This document shows, one piece after another, positions 51,403 to 59,837 of a DNA stretch of 64,000 nucleotides (position 1 is its first letter; each line of letters begins with the position of its first letter). A program made the position numbers and the translations under genes. Origin of the DNA: Promethearchaeota archaeon (GTDB taxonomy: Archaea; Asgardarchaeota; Lokiarchaeia; Sigyniarchaeales; SOKP01); NCBI GenBank assembly GCA_030599585.1, contig JAUVNS010000001.1:224001-288000 (forward strand). Reading direction: 5' to 3'. The notes under the pieces were generated by a model that was given only the letters and a program-made list of their open reading frames with translations, was not told where the DNA came from and did not search any database.

Positions 51403-51718
51403 ACACCTGCAATTCTTTAAATTCAGAAACGAGAATCTTAACGTTTGAGCACTTATCGAAATCGATACAGGTAAAGCACGGTTGGTCCGACCAAAAATAC
51501 GCAGGTTGATTTGTCCTCTCCACGATTAAAAGCGGAAAGCTACCTTTTGGACACTCTAGCGCAGAATTACTTATCTTTCCCTTCTTTGGGATCGGATACG
51601 AAATACCGCACGCATCGCATTTAACGAACCGTTTGTAGTTATTTGTTTTGTACATCATTAGTGAGCACTGGCAGGAGGGGCAAGTGCCTATCTCTTGAAT
51701 CTGTTTCAATTTAAACAC
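51392..51718 (-). CDS. Stand-alone topoisomerase IA-type zinc-ribbon protein
   Basis: IGTCPSC...RFVKCDAC..SYPIPKKGKI...CPK..FPLL, resembling the C-terminus of archaeal TopA. Confidence 0.7.
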   Translation of the reverse strand: MFKLKQIQEIGTCPSCQCSLMMYKTNNYKRFVKCDACGISYPIPKKGKISNSALECPKGSFPLLIVERTNQPAYFWSDQPCFTCIDFDKCSNVKILVSEFKELQVYGY

Positions 51719-51754
51719 CGTAAATTTATTTTTACTTTAAGGTAAAAATCGATG

Positions 51755-51769
51755 CTTATAAAGGAAAAA
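51755..51769 (-). promoter_or_regulatory. Pyrimidine-BRE/TATA element
   Basis: TTTTTCCTTTATAAG. Confidence 0.65.
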
Positions 51770-51921
51770 GCGCTTGTTAAAAAAAAATTAGAAATTATGA
51801 CTACTGATCTTATTTATAAGGCACGGAATTGGTTTCTATCCTTGCAATTCTTTGAACACACCCTAATTTATTTTTTTTGGAAGGTTAGGATTTTTTTTCC
51901 TACCTTTCTTTTCTTTTAGTT

Positions 51922-52938
51922 TTAATAAATTGAGTATATTTCCTCCTCGATAAACTTGCCATTATCTAGTATCTGTTTTTCATCAAACCAAAGAGAACAG
52001 TTTTGCATCACACCATCCACATGAGTCCCCGCATTCCATTTTGCTCCAGTTTTTTCGGAAATTGGGCTCCCAAATGCTAAATGCACTCCCGGAAATTTTT
52101 CATCCTGCAATATATTACCAACAAATTCTTTTAATGCAATATTTGTCCCGCATGCAAATTCCCCTACCCTATCTGCATTTTCCACTAGTTGCAAATATTT
52201 TCTAAATTCGAAGAGTAATTCTTCATTTTCACACGAGATATTCTCTATTTCTGCTTTTGAATTTTGTATAGGAATTTTTATTGGGGTTTTCTTTAGATCC
52301 CCATATTTTTCACAAAAGAAGGCACCTAAGGTTCCGTCTACCACCATGACTCCATCTACAGATTCCGGGCAAGTAAATACCTCTCCAGCAGGAAGGTTAC
52401 CCCACATACCTTTATGCCATAATAATCCCGCATCTGGAATCCATTTCAATTTATTTGAAAATTTAACATTAAGATCTGTTCCATTAGGAGTAATAACCCT
52501 TGCTGTTTTAGATTTAACCGCAATTCCCATTATCATGAATGTTAAAGAAGCAATCTTATAATAATTAGCTTGCATGCCGGTTTTCAGTATGGTATCATCG
52601 ATATTGGGCATGTGAATTTCTCTTCCATTTTTAGTTGCTAACATTATCAATCTCCCTATAAGGAATTCGTCTTTTTTGGCATGAGCTGTATAATAAGTAA
52701 CATCGCTCTTTTTTAAATCGGCTCTAATCTCCTTTGGGAAAGATCTTAGAGGTCTTTCACCGTAATCATCTAAGATATGAACATGTATGTTTGTGGAAAT
52801 CTCACTAGCATGTCTTTTTATTAGCATGCCTATGTCAATTGAATCTTTATCTGTAATGATTGATACAACTTCTTTAGGTTTTAATTGAGAACACGTTTCT
52901 ACTATGGTTTTACCTGCTTTTTCTAATAGTTTTTTCAA
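51922..52938 (-). CDS. M29-like (thermophilic) aminopeptidase
   Basis: TPNGTDL, NLPAGEVF, GEFACGTN, DEK..GVHLAFG, HVD. Confidence 0.88.
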   Translation of the reverse strand: MKKLLEKAGKTIVETCSQLKPKEVVSIITDKDSIDIGMLIKRHASEISTNIHVHILDDYGERPLRSFPKEIRADLKKSDVTYYTAHAKKDEFLIGRLIMLATKNGREIHMPNIDDTILKTGMQANYYKIASLTFMIMGIAVKSKTARVITPNGTDLNVKFSNKLKWIPDAGLLWHKGMWGNLPAGEVFTCPESVDGVMVVDGTLGAFFCEKYGDLKKTPIKIPIQNSKAEIENISCENEELLFEFRKYLQLVENADRVGEFACGTNIALKEFVGNILQDEKFPGVHLAFGSPISEKTGAKWNAGTHVDGVMQNCSLWFDEKQILDNGKFIEEEIYSIY

Positions 52939-53048
52939 AAAAAAAACTCCCTCTATTATTTAATTATTTTGACAACTTGTAAGTCAATTTATAGTTATTA
53001 TGGTATTGAATTTATCTATTTTCGTTTTGATTAGGTTTTTTTATCTCA

Positions 53049-53064
53049 TTTTTCTTTTAAATAA
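53049..53064 (+). promoter_or_regulatory. Pyrimidine-BRE/TATA element
   Basis: TTTTTCTTTTAAATAA, 23 nt before ATG 53088; divergent region. Confidence 0.7.
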
Positions 53065-53075
53065 TTTCCAATAGA

Positions 53076-53312
53076 ATGCTATTTATTATGGTATTATTTG
53101 ATTATTTTGAGGACGTGATTAGTGGCTTCGAGTTTTGGATTGCCTTTGGCTCGCTTGTGGGAATCTTTGGACTCTTAATCGGCATTATGTTAGCTGTATG
53201 GGGCGGAAGTCGGCTTCGCTATAAGATGCTAGGAGTTATAATCATATCGTTTGTGTTGATAGCGATTTGCGGGTTCGACACTGGGTTCAAATACTTCAGG
53301 ATTTTTAGATAA
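53076..53312 (+). CDS. Small 2-TM protein, VirB2/CedA1-pilin-like architecture (likely start 53088)
   Basis: Helix, TM, basic loop SRLRYK, TM. Confidence 0.65.
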   Translation: MLFIMVLFDYFEDVISGFEFWIAFGSLVGIFGLLIGIMLAVWGGSRLRYKMLGVIIISFVLIAICGFDTGFKYFRIFR

Positions 53313-53329
53313 AAAAAAATTCTTATTTT

Positions 53330-53701
53330 TTAGTAAAAATGATATCCTTGGGGTGGCTGGCTCCCTCCAATCACTATCCCTAAAAGCTCGAAAGGGACTC
53401 CTGTAAGGAAAGCACCAATCCAAAGTAATAGTGCGCTAGACAGAAACGATTTAACTCTGAATTGGCGGAAAAAGATTCTGAGGATGTTTATTACTAATAA
53501 AGCACCCCCTATAGTAAGAAAAATTTGTCCTACGCTCACAAAAATTGTTTTGACAAATGTTCCTGTCATATAACGCAAGTTTGATCCGAAAAAAGGCACG
53601 ACTATTGCAACGAACCCTAATATCCCGAGAAATATTAAAAAGGTTTTGTTGGGCTTCCTTCTTTTTTGGATGATTACTATTTGATCTTTATATTTTACCA
53701 T
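53330..53701 (-). CDS. Small 3-TM protein, possible pilin precursor
   Basis: Basic N-terminus + TM, then TM-RQFRVK-TM. Confidence 0.65.
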   Translation of the reverse strand: MVKYKDQIVIIQKRRKPNKTFLIFLGILGFVAIVVPFFGSNLRYMTGTFVKTIFVSVGQIFLTIGGALLVINILRIFFRQFRVKSFLSSALLLWIGAFLTGVPFELLGIVIGGSQPPQGYHFY

Positions 53702-53741
53702 GCAGATAATCCTCTATTTTTATTTAATTTTTTAACTAAAT

Positions 53742-53756
53742 CTTTATAAAGAAAAA
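53742..53756 (-). promoter_or_regulatory. Pyrimidine-BRE/TATA element
   Basis: TTTTTCTTTATAAAG; divergent region. Confidence 0.7.
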
Positions 53757-53842
53757 GTTCACTTTTTTCTAATCCTATTGAAATTAAATTCATAGTAAAA
53801 TCAAAGAAAAGTTTAATATTTCTTCACTCAAGTATATGTAAT

Positions 53843-54061
53843 ATGTCAAATAATGAACGAGTGAAATGTCCGAAATGTGGCTCTATGACTTTAATTTCTC
53901 GAGATAGAGAAGATTTTTGCTCTAATTGTGGTGTAGAACTTAATTATGATGACTTGGAAAAAGTAGGAGGGAAAGTCCTTATATTATGGATCTCAGTCGT
54001 TTTTATAATTACAATAATTAGCTTAGCGTTAATTATGACGCTTTTCTTTCCTCATTACTAG
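53843..54061 (+). CDS. Small zinc-ribbon protein with C-terminal TM
   Basis: CPKCG...FCSNCG plus TM. Confidence 0.7.
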   Translation: MSNNERVKCPKCGSMTLISRDREDFCSNCGVELNYDDLEKVGGKVLILWISVVFIITIISLALIMTLFFPHY

Positions 54062-54200
54062 TATTCCTATTGGGTTTACTCATAAAGTTAGGGATAGTTA
54101 TCGTATAATTTTTTTTTGTATGAAAGGATTTTGATGGGTTGGTGAGTGTTTTAAACGGAAAAATTAATACTTAAAAAAATATCCAATGAAATACTTCTAA

Positions 54201-54216
54201 TTTTTCTTTTTATAAT
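54201..54216 (+). promoter_or_regulatory. Pyrimidine-BRE/TATA element
   Basis: TTTTTCTTTTTATAAT 19 nt before the fen ATG. Confidence 0.65.
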
Positions 54217-54235
54217 CTGTAATGACCTAAATTGT

Positions 54236-55336
54236 ATGGGAGTTAAACTTCAAGATTTGGTGATCCGAAACGCGATTGAATTTTCCAAACTCGCAGGGAA
54301 AATCATAGCGGTTGATGCTCCGAATGTAATAATGAGCTTATTCAACTTCGCCCGCAAAAACACGGACGGCTCCAAAGCTGGACTCATTCTCGACCGCACA
54401 CAGAGACCGATATCACACCTCTATGGTTTGCTTTTTAGAATAAAGTTCTTCTACTCCAAGAAGATATTTCCAATTTTTTGCTTCGACGGGCTCGATTCCG
54501 ACCTCAAAAAACTTAAAACGAAAGATAGGCTCAACGACTTCTTGTTTACGGAAAGGTTATACCGATCATTACTCCAAACTGGGAATCGAGAGAACGCTAA
54601 GCAAATCGCTTTATCGAAAGAGTATATGTGGCCCAACATTATCAAAGAATCTAAGCAACTACTAGGGGCGTTAGGAGTGCCATACATGAGCGCACCCGCC
54701 TCAGCAGAATCGCAATGCGCTCAACTCATTAAAGACAAAGTAGTTCATTACTCTAACTCGCAAGATTTCGATTCGCTTCTGTTTGGGTGTCCGCATGTAG
54801 TCCAGAACATCTCGAAGTCGTTAAGAAGAAAAGAGCATGGTCGCTGGACATATAAAAAAATCACTCCGGTTACGATCGATCTCAAAGAAAACCTAATAAG
54901 GTTGGGAATTGATCAGTTTCATTTGGTAGACATGGCGCTCTTAATCGGAACCGATTACTTTCCAGGTATTAGAAACATCGGTCCAAAACACGCGTATAAA
55001 TTCATCAAAAAACACCGATTCGTAGAAAATGTGATCATCGAAGAAAAAGAAAGTTACGATTTTTCGGCCTTGAGTTCCGAAGTTATTGCTCGCGTAAGAA
55101 AAATCTTTTTACTCCCTGAAGTCTTAATAGATTACCCAAAACTGAGCTGGAATTACCCCAGCGATCAGCATACGCTGAGCTTATTGTGCGAAGATCACCA
55201 CCTCAACCGAGAAAGAGTGGAGACCAACCTGAACAAATTGGAGACGAATTACGAAAAATGTCAAGTATTTTTCTCCAACAAAACGAGAAATCCTCCTACA
55301 AAACAAAAAACATTCGACTCAATTTTTTCTAACTAA
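54236..55336 (+). CDS. fen: Flap endonuclease 1 (divergent paralog)
   Basis: MGV start, IAVDA, SHLYG, FDG, SQDFDSLLFG, GTDY..GI..IGPK, PIP box QKTFDSIF. Confidence 0.9.
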   Translation: MGVKLQDLVIRNAIEFSKLAGKIIAVDAPNVIMSLFNFARKNTDGSKAGLILDRTQRPISHLYGLLFRIKFFYSKKIFPIFCFDGLDSDLKKLKTKDRLNDFLFTERLYRSLLQTGNRENAKQIALSKEYMWPNIIKESKQLLGALGVPYMSAPASAESQCAQLIKDKVVHYSNSQDFDSLLFGCPHVVQNISKSLRRKEHGRWTYKKITPVTIDLKENLIRLGIDQFHLVDMALLIGTDYFPGIRNIGPKHAYKFIKKHRFVENVIIEEKESYDFSALSSEVIARVRKIFLLPEVLIDYPKLSWNYPSDQHTLSLLCEDHHLNRERVETNLNKLETNYEKCQVFFSNKTRNPPTKQKTFDSIFSN

Positions 55337-55344
55337 AAATTTAA

Positions 55345-55359
55345 TTTTTCTTTATAAAG
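55345..55359 (+). promoter_or_regulatory. Pyrimidine-BRE/TATA element
   Basis: TTTTTCTTTATAAAG, identical to the 53742-53756 copy. Confidence 0.65.
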
Positions 55360-55377
55360 GCTCACTGAATCGTTTAT

Positions 55378-56034
55378 GTGCTAAATAAAATCCTAAACAA
55401 CAAAACTAACGAAATTGAGAGAAGTATGGCAGGATTAACGAACGATGCGATAGTACTGCATAACGAATTAAGAGCCTATAGAAATGCTCCAAGGAAAGAT
55501 GTAAACAAGGAGAAAGTTCTTAATTATTTTTTTAGGTTCGAAAGCTTTGCGAACAACACCAATGAATACAAGGATTTAACCCCTTTGATCGTCGAGAACA
55601 TTGTAAAAGAAACCAACCTACCCGATTTCGTCGTATTAAACACAGTTTTTGAGTTCATCACTGAAGCGACCCAATTCAGTCATACTTTAAGTTTGGGACT
55701 CGTATCGTGGGGCTCAGGAGAGAAAAGTGCTTTGCGGCAAGCGAAGTTTTACTTAAGAAAAGTTCATAAGATCGCCCCAGTGTTTGATTATTCCAGAGCG
55801 ATTGCTAACTTGGAGACTTTACACAAACTCTTAAAGAAAAACTTTTTTTGGGTTCATATCACTACTCAGCTTGCCTTAATTATATTCGTCACTGACAGAA
55901 ACGATCCCACAATAACGAAAAATGAGTATATTCTACAAAAAAACCTAAGGGCATTTTGCGCGTGTTCTGCTTACGCCTTCCATATGGCTCGAAAGAAGCT
56001 TCATATTGATAAGATGGGACGGCTCTGCACCTAA
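55378..56034 (+). CDS. Hypothetical helical protein, C-terminus resembles a TFB cyclin repeat/HTH
   Basis: TTQLALIIFV...ILQKNLRAFCACSAYAFHMARKKL. Confidence 0.6.
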   Translation: MLNKILNNKTNEIERSMAGLTNDAIVLHNELRAYRNAPRKDVNKEKVLNYFFRFESFANNTNEYKDLTPLIVENIVKETNLPDFVVLNTVFEFITEATQFSHTLSLGLVSWGSGEKSALRQAKFYLRKVHKIAPVFDYSRAIANLETLHKLLKKNFFWVHITTQLALIIFVTDRNDPTITKNEYILQKNLRAFCACSAYAFHMARKKLHIDKMGRLCT

Positions 56035-56069
56035 TCTGGAAGATTTTTTAGGTTTTTTCAATTTTTGGA

Positions 56070-56085
56070 TTTTTTCTTTAAATAC
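56070..56085 (+). promoter_or_regulatory. Pyrimidine-BRE/TATA element
   Basis: TTTTTTCTTTAAATAC, identical to the 22810-22825 copy. Confidence 0.7.
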
Positions 56086-56127
56086 TCAGTTACTCACTTT
56101 TACTTATTAGTAAAAAATTGAGAGGTT

Positions 56128-57057
56128 ATGAAAATGAGCGTCTTAGTAGACGAGCTATTCCAAAAGTTATTGGACCTTGGATTGTCAGAAGAAGAGTTAG
56201 AAAAAAAAGTTAAGGACAAAGTAGACGAATACGGTGGTTTTATGTCTAAACAAGGAGTGTTGTTTATAATAGCTAGAGAAAACGGGCTTGATGTAAGATC
56301 TCCAGATATTGACGATTATGTTTACGACGAGTTAGAAGAAGAAGTCGATTACGACGAGTTCACAATAGACATCTCGGACCTAAGAGAGGGTATGAGTAAC
56401 ATCGTGTTATTGGGTAAGATTCTATCTTTCCAAAAAGTGCGCGAGTTCGTGCGAAAGGACCAGTCTGTCGGAAAAGTGTGTTCTATCTTACTGGGCGATA
56501 CAACTGCAACTGTGAAAATCGTTTTATGGGACGATCGAGCAGATATTGTTAATCAAGAATACTTTAAACCGAAAGAACTCGCTCGAGTAATTGGTGGGTA
56601 TTCAAAATTAGGACAAAACGAAGCTTTAGAAGTTCATATCGGAAGAAAAGGTATGTTACTTCTTTCTCCTGAAGTTAGTGATAAGAAACGAAGACAATTC
56701 GAAGAAATTATGATTGCAAGTTCAGAAGAAACAACACCCAAGAGTAACTTAGAACCTCTGAGACAAGCCATCCAAAAAAACAAATACATCAGCGCTGTTA
56801 AAGGAACTCTTCAAATCGAAGAATTTAAGGAATTAGAGTTGAAATCAGGTGATAAGTCGTTTTTGCTCACCATGTTTTTAGAAGTAGAAGGATTTACTAT
56901 CAGAGTGAAAGCATGGGGCATGAATGCGGTTGAATGCTTGAAAATGGTGAACGACGGAGATTTCGTTTCTATAACCAACCTGGCGGTTAAACAGAACAAA
57001 TACACCGCAGAGAAAGAGCTTATGATCACGAAAAATTCAAGAGTGTTGTTAATCTAA
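56128..57057 (+). CDS. Replication protein A-like ssDNA-binding protein (2 OB folds)
   Basis: N-terminal YGGFMSKQGVLFIIARENG, ISDLREGM, LGDTTATVKIVLWD, second OB RVKAWG. Confidence 0.85.
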   Translation: MKMSVLVDELFQKLLDLGLSEEELEKKVKDKVDEYGGFMSKQGVLFIIARENGLDVRSPDIDDYVYDELEEEVDYDEFTIDISDLREGMSNIVLLGKILSFQKVREFVRKDQSVGKVCSILLGDTTATVKIVLWDDRADIVNQEYFKPKELARVIGGYSKLGQNEALEVHIGRKGMLLLSPEVSDKKRRQFEEIMIASSEETTPKSNLEPLRQAIQKNKYISAVKGTLQIEEFKELELKSGDKSFLLTMFLEVEGFTIRVKAWGMNAVECLKMVNDGDFVSITNLAVKQNKYTAEKELMITKNSRVLLI

Positions 57058-57167
57058 CTATGAGTATTAGAGAAACGAATTTAATTAGAAGAGAGATTTT
57101 ACCTAGCATTTTAAGAACTTTTTTATAAGGTTCATTTTTTGTTTAAATATCCCACTTTTTTCTAAAG

Positions 57168-57842
57168 TTGAAAATCATGATAACTAAGCAAAAAGTAAAC
57201 GCATACAAACTCATCGGCTTAGAAACACCTTCTAACTCCTTTTTAACGCTTTTAGGAAGGGTTCTATTTTATTGTGGCGCTAGCTACATCCTATTGTTAA
57301 TCTTGAACGTTGTGCTGTCTTTGTTTTTCGGATTTTCGCTCACAACAAATTACATTAGCGACTTGGGAAGCAAGATATTTATCCCTTTTCCTTATATACA
57401 TAACTTGATTTGCGTGTTTGGAGGCGTGGTAAGCCTTCCGATTAATTTTTATGTGAAGAAAAAGTTACGGATCACATACAAGAGTTCGAGGTATTCCGCA
57501 TTGTTTCTCGAGTTCGGTGTCGCTTTAGGAGTAATTGGAAATATTGGATATGTGTTCTTAGGAGTGTTCAGTTTAGACAGGGCAGGTCCAGGAGGTATTT
57601 ATCACGGTATTATTTCCTTTATTTCGTTTGGCGGTTATATTTTTTCTATCTTCTTTATTAGCTTGAACATTGTTTTGTCTCATAAGTGCAAACTGAAACA
57701 TTTGGGCCTATTTGGGATAGTCGTCCCCTTGAACTTGTTGGTTCTATATTGTATAATTTCGATCCCTCTTATCGAGTGGTTTTTATTAAGCTCTATCTTG
57801 GCGTTTTTGCTTATGTTGAACTTTTATGTGTTCAAACTTTAA
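57168..57842 (+). CDS. DUF998-like membrane protein
   Basis: FSLTTNYISDLGS, GVFSLD...H, PLIEW; variant element TTTTTTGTTTAAATAT at 57135-57150. Confidence 0.7.
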   Translation: MKIMITKQKVNAYKLIGLETPSNSFLTLLGRVLFYCGASYILLLILNVVLSLFFGFSLTTNYISDLGSKIFIPFPYIHNLICVFGGVVSLPINFYVKKKLRITYKSSRYSALFLEFGVALGVIGNIGYVFLGVFSLDRAGPGGIYHGIISFISFGGYIFSIFFISLNIVLSHKCKLKHLGLFGIVVPLNLLVLYCIISIPLIEWFLLSSILAFLLMLNFYVFKL

Positions 57843-58016
57843 TCGTTTTTTTGTCAAACTCAATCCTTATATCATAAAGGACACACACTAATAACCTTAG
57901 ATTTTGACGAAGTAAAAGATCAGTATAAAAAATTTGAAATAAAAGAAGATTAAGATAAGCCATCTTAAATCTTACATAATTAAATTGATAAACCCATCAA
58001 AAAATTCGAGTTCTAT

Positions 58017-58328
58017 TTACTTCGGAGGTGTAAGAACGATCTCTATTGAACTTACATTATTTTCACGGCCATCCTCGCCCTTAAGTTGCTCCGTAGAAAT
58101 GCGAATCTCTTTATATTCAACTCCTTTCAAAAAGCGGTTTTTTAAGATCTCGCAAATATCGACGGCGTGAGAAATCGCTCTACCACGAGCCTTTACGGTG
58201 CATTCTTCTCCTTTATTCAGGACCATCATTACAGCCATTACATAATTCATCGTAGGGCGACGGCCAACAAAAACCGCGTTCTCTTGACCTGGCTCTCTTT
58301 CTCTTTTTCCTTTTTCTTTTTCTGTCAT
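58017..58328 (-). CDS. albA: Alba chromatin protein
   Basis: VFVGRRPTMNYV, VKARGRAISHAVD, VSSIEIVL. Confidence 0.95.
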   Translation of the reverse strand: MTEKEKGKREREPGQENAVFVGRRPTMNYVMAVMMVLNKGEECTVKARGRAISHAVDICEILKNRFLKGVEYKEIRISTEQLKGEDGRENNVSSIEIVLTPPK

Positions 58329-58512
58329 TTTTTATTCTCTGTTAAATGTAGTTTTTTTATTCTCTATGGTGATAGGTTATCCTTATGTATTATAATTTAA
58401 ATATATTAAGGATCCTTTTAGAGTCATAAAAAGTTGTAAATTAAAAGGTTGTTTTGGATGCACTAAAAGCTCGTTTTAATAGTAAGATTTTGTGATTTCG
58501 TGTGGTTAAAAG

Positions 58513-58529
58513 TTTTTTCCTTTATATAC
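58513..58529 (+). promoter_or_regulatory. Pyrimidine-BRE/TATA element
   Basis: TTTTTTCCTTTATATAC; divergent from alba. Confidence 0.7.
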
Positions 58530-58579
58530 TCGAAACTCGTTACTCACAAAAAATAAGATTTATTGGTGATATGTAAAAA

Positions 58580-59113
58580 ATGACAATATACGTCCCTAAA
58601 GCGCTTTACGAGAATGAAATCGCCCGAGTGTTAGACGAGGTGCGGTACAATTACGGAATGCTCACTAGAAAAGGATTCATTAATGGACTCATTGCTATAG
58701 ACCAAGATGCGAAAATAATCGCAATCGATTCTCGGTTCGACAGGAAGTTAAATTATTGGGACTTAAGTTCCATTGGAGCGGCGTTGTATGGAGTCGCCCG
58801 GCAAGCGCAAGATTTTTTCGAAACCGACTCTTTAGTCCGCGCAACGCTAATCTATAAAGACTTGCAACTCTACATCAAATCAATCGGAGATGTGATTCTC
58901 GTCAAAAAAGGAAAAAGAGAGATTTTAGTAGTTCTTTTAGTAGACAATCAAGTCAACATTGGCGTGCTCATACTTCAAATGCGCAAGTTTGCAGCAAAGA
59001 TTAAAGACGCAATCATGCGAAGCCAAACAATTATGGAAAAGCTGCAGATGTCAGAACGAGATCTCAAAGAGCATCTCAGAGACTTAAAAAGAAAGGTTTT
59101 TGGGACGGCATAA
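58580..59113 (+). CDS. Roadblock/MglB-like protein
   Basis: LIAIDQDAKIIA, LSSIGAALYG, VNIGVL roadblock pattern; adjacent to an MglA-like GTPase. Confidence 0.72.
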   Translation: MTIYVPKALYENEIARVLDEVRYNYGMLTRKGFINGLIAIDQDAKIIAIDSRFDRKLNYWDLSSIGAALYGVARQAQDFFETDSLVRATLIYKDLQLYIKSIGDVILVKKGKREILVVLLVDNQVNIGVLILQMRKFAAKIKDAIMRSQTIMEKLQMSERDLKEHLRDLKRKVFGTA

Positions 59114-59137
59114 ACCATATCAGAGGCGAGCTAAAAA

Positions 59138-59806
59138 ATGACAATAGGTTCCAACCATAAAGAAAAGCATTTGGAAAAAGAACAACTCGGCATTAGTGAT
59201 AAATCCGGAGCGAATTCTCTTAAAGAAGTGTTGCAATTCAAAGTTGTTTATTGGGGTCCTGGCGAGTCTGGGAAAACTACTAACTACTTCAGGTTAAGAG
59301 AAAAATTTGATGGAGTAAAACTAAACCGAGGATATTCTATTGAGACCACTGACGGAAGAACTCTGTGGCAAGATTCGATTCGATTGTCTTTCTATCTTAA
59401 CCTCGAGAGAGTCAAATTTAACATCGTAACTCAAATCGTGACTGCGACCGGGCAGGAACGGTTTTTGTCCACTCGTGAATACGTATTGGATGGTGCTGAC
59501 GGCGTTGTATTCGTCGCAGACTCCGATCCTAAGAAAATAGAGCAAAACAAACGAAGTTTTCGAGAATTAATCAGTTTTACAAGTGAACAGAACGTTCCTT
59601 TCGTTATTCAGCTCAATAAAAGGGATTTAGAAGGAGCTATTCCTGAAAAAGAATTTAAAAAAGAGCTTGGTTTACCAAAGTTTGAGAAATACGAAGACGG
59701 AACTCAAGTAATTTATCCCACCGTTGCGATCGAAGGAGATAGCGTGAGGAAATGCTTCGAGGATTTGATGGTGCTCGTGTTATTAAACTTTTTCAAGTTG
59801 AATTAA
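59138..59806 (+). CDS. MglA-like small GTPase
   Basis: KVVYWGPGESGKTTN, RTL, TGQERF, VLDGADGVVFVADS, NKRDL. Confidence 0.88.
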   Translation: MTIGSNHKEKHLEKEQLGISDKSGANSLKEVLQFKVVYWGPGESGKTTNYFRLREKFDGVKLNRGYSIETTDGRTLWQDSIRLSFYLNLERVKFNIVTQIVTATGQERFLSTREYVLDGADGVVFVADSDPKKIEQNKRSFRELISFTSEQNVPFVIQLNKRDLEGAIPEKEFKKELGLPKFEKYEDGTQVIYPTVAIEGDSVRKCFEDLMVLVLLNFFKLN

Positions 59807-59837
59807 TAGATACAAATAATTATTTTTCAAATTCCAT

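Noticed and set aside
20952-56085. Reading the T-rich element purely as an archaeal oligo-T terminator
   Set aside because: Possible for copies behind co-oriented genes (20952, 31189, 55345, 56070), but ten copies sit in divergent regions and all abut a TATA-like box at promoter spacing
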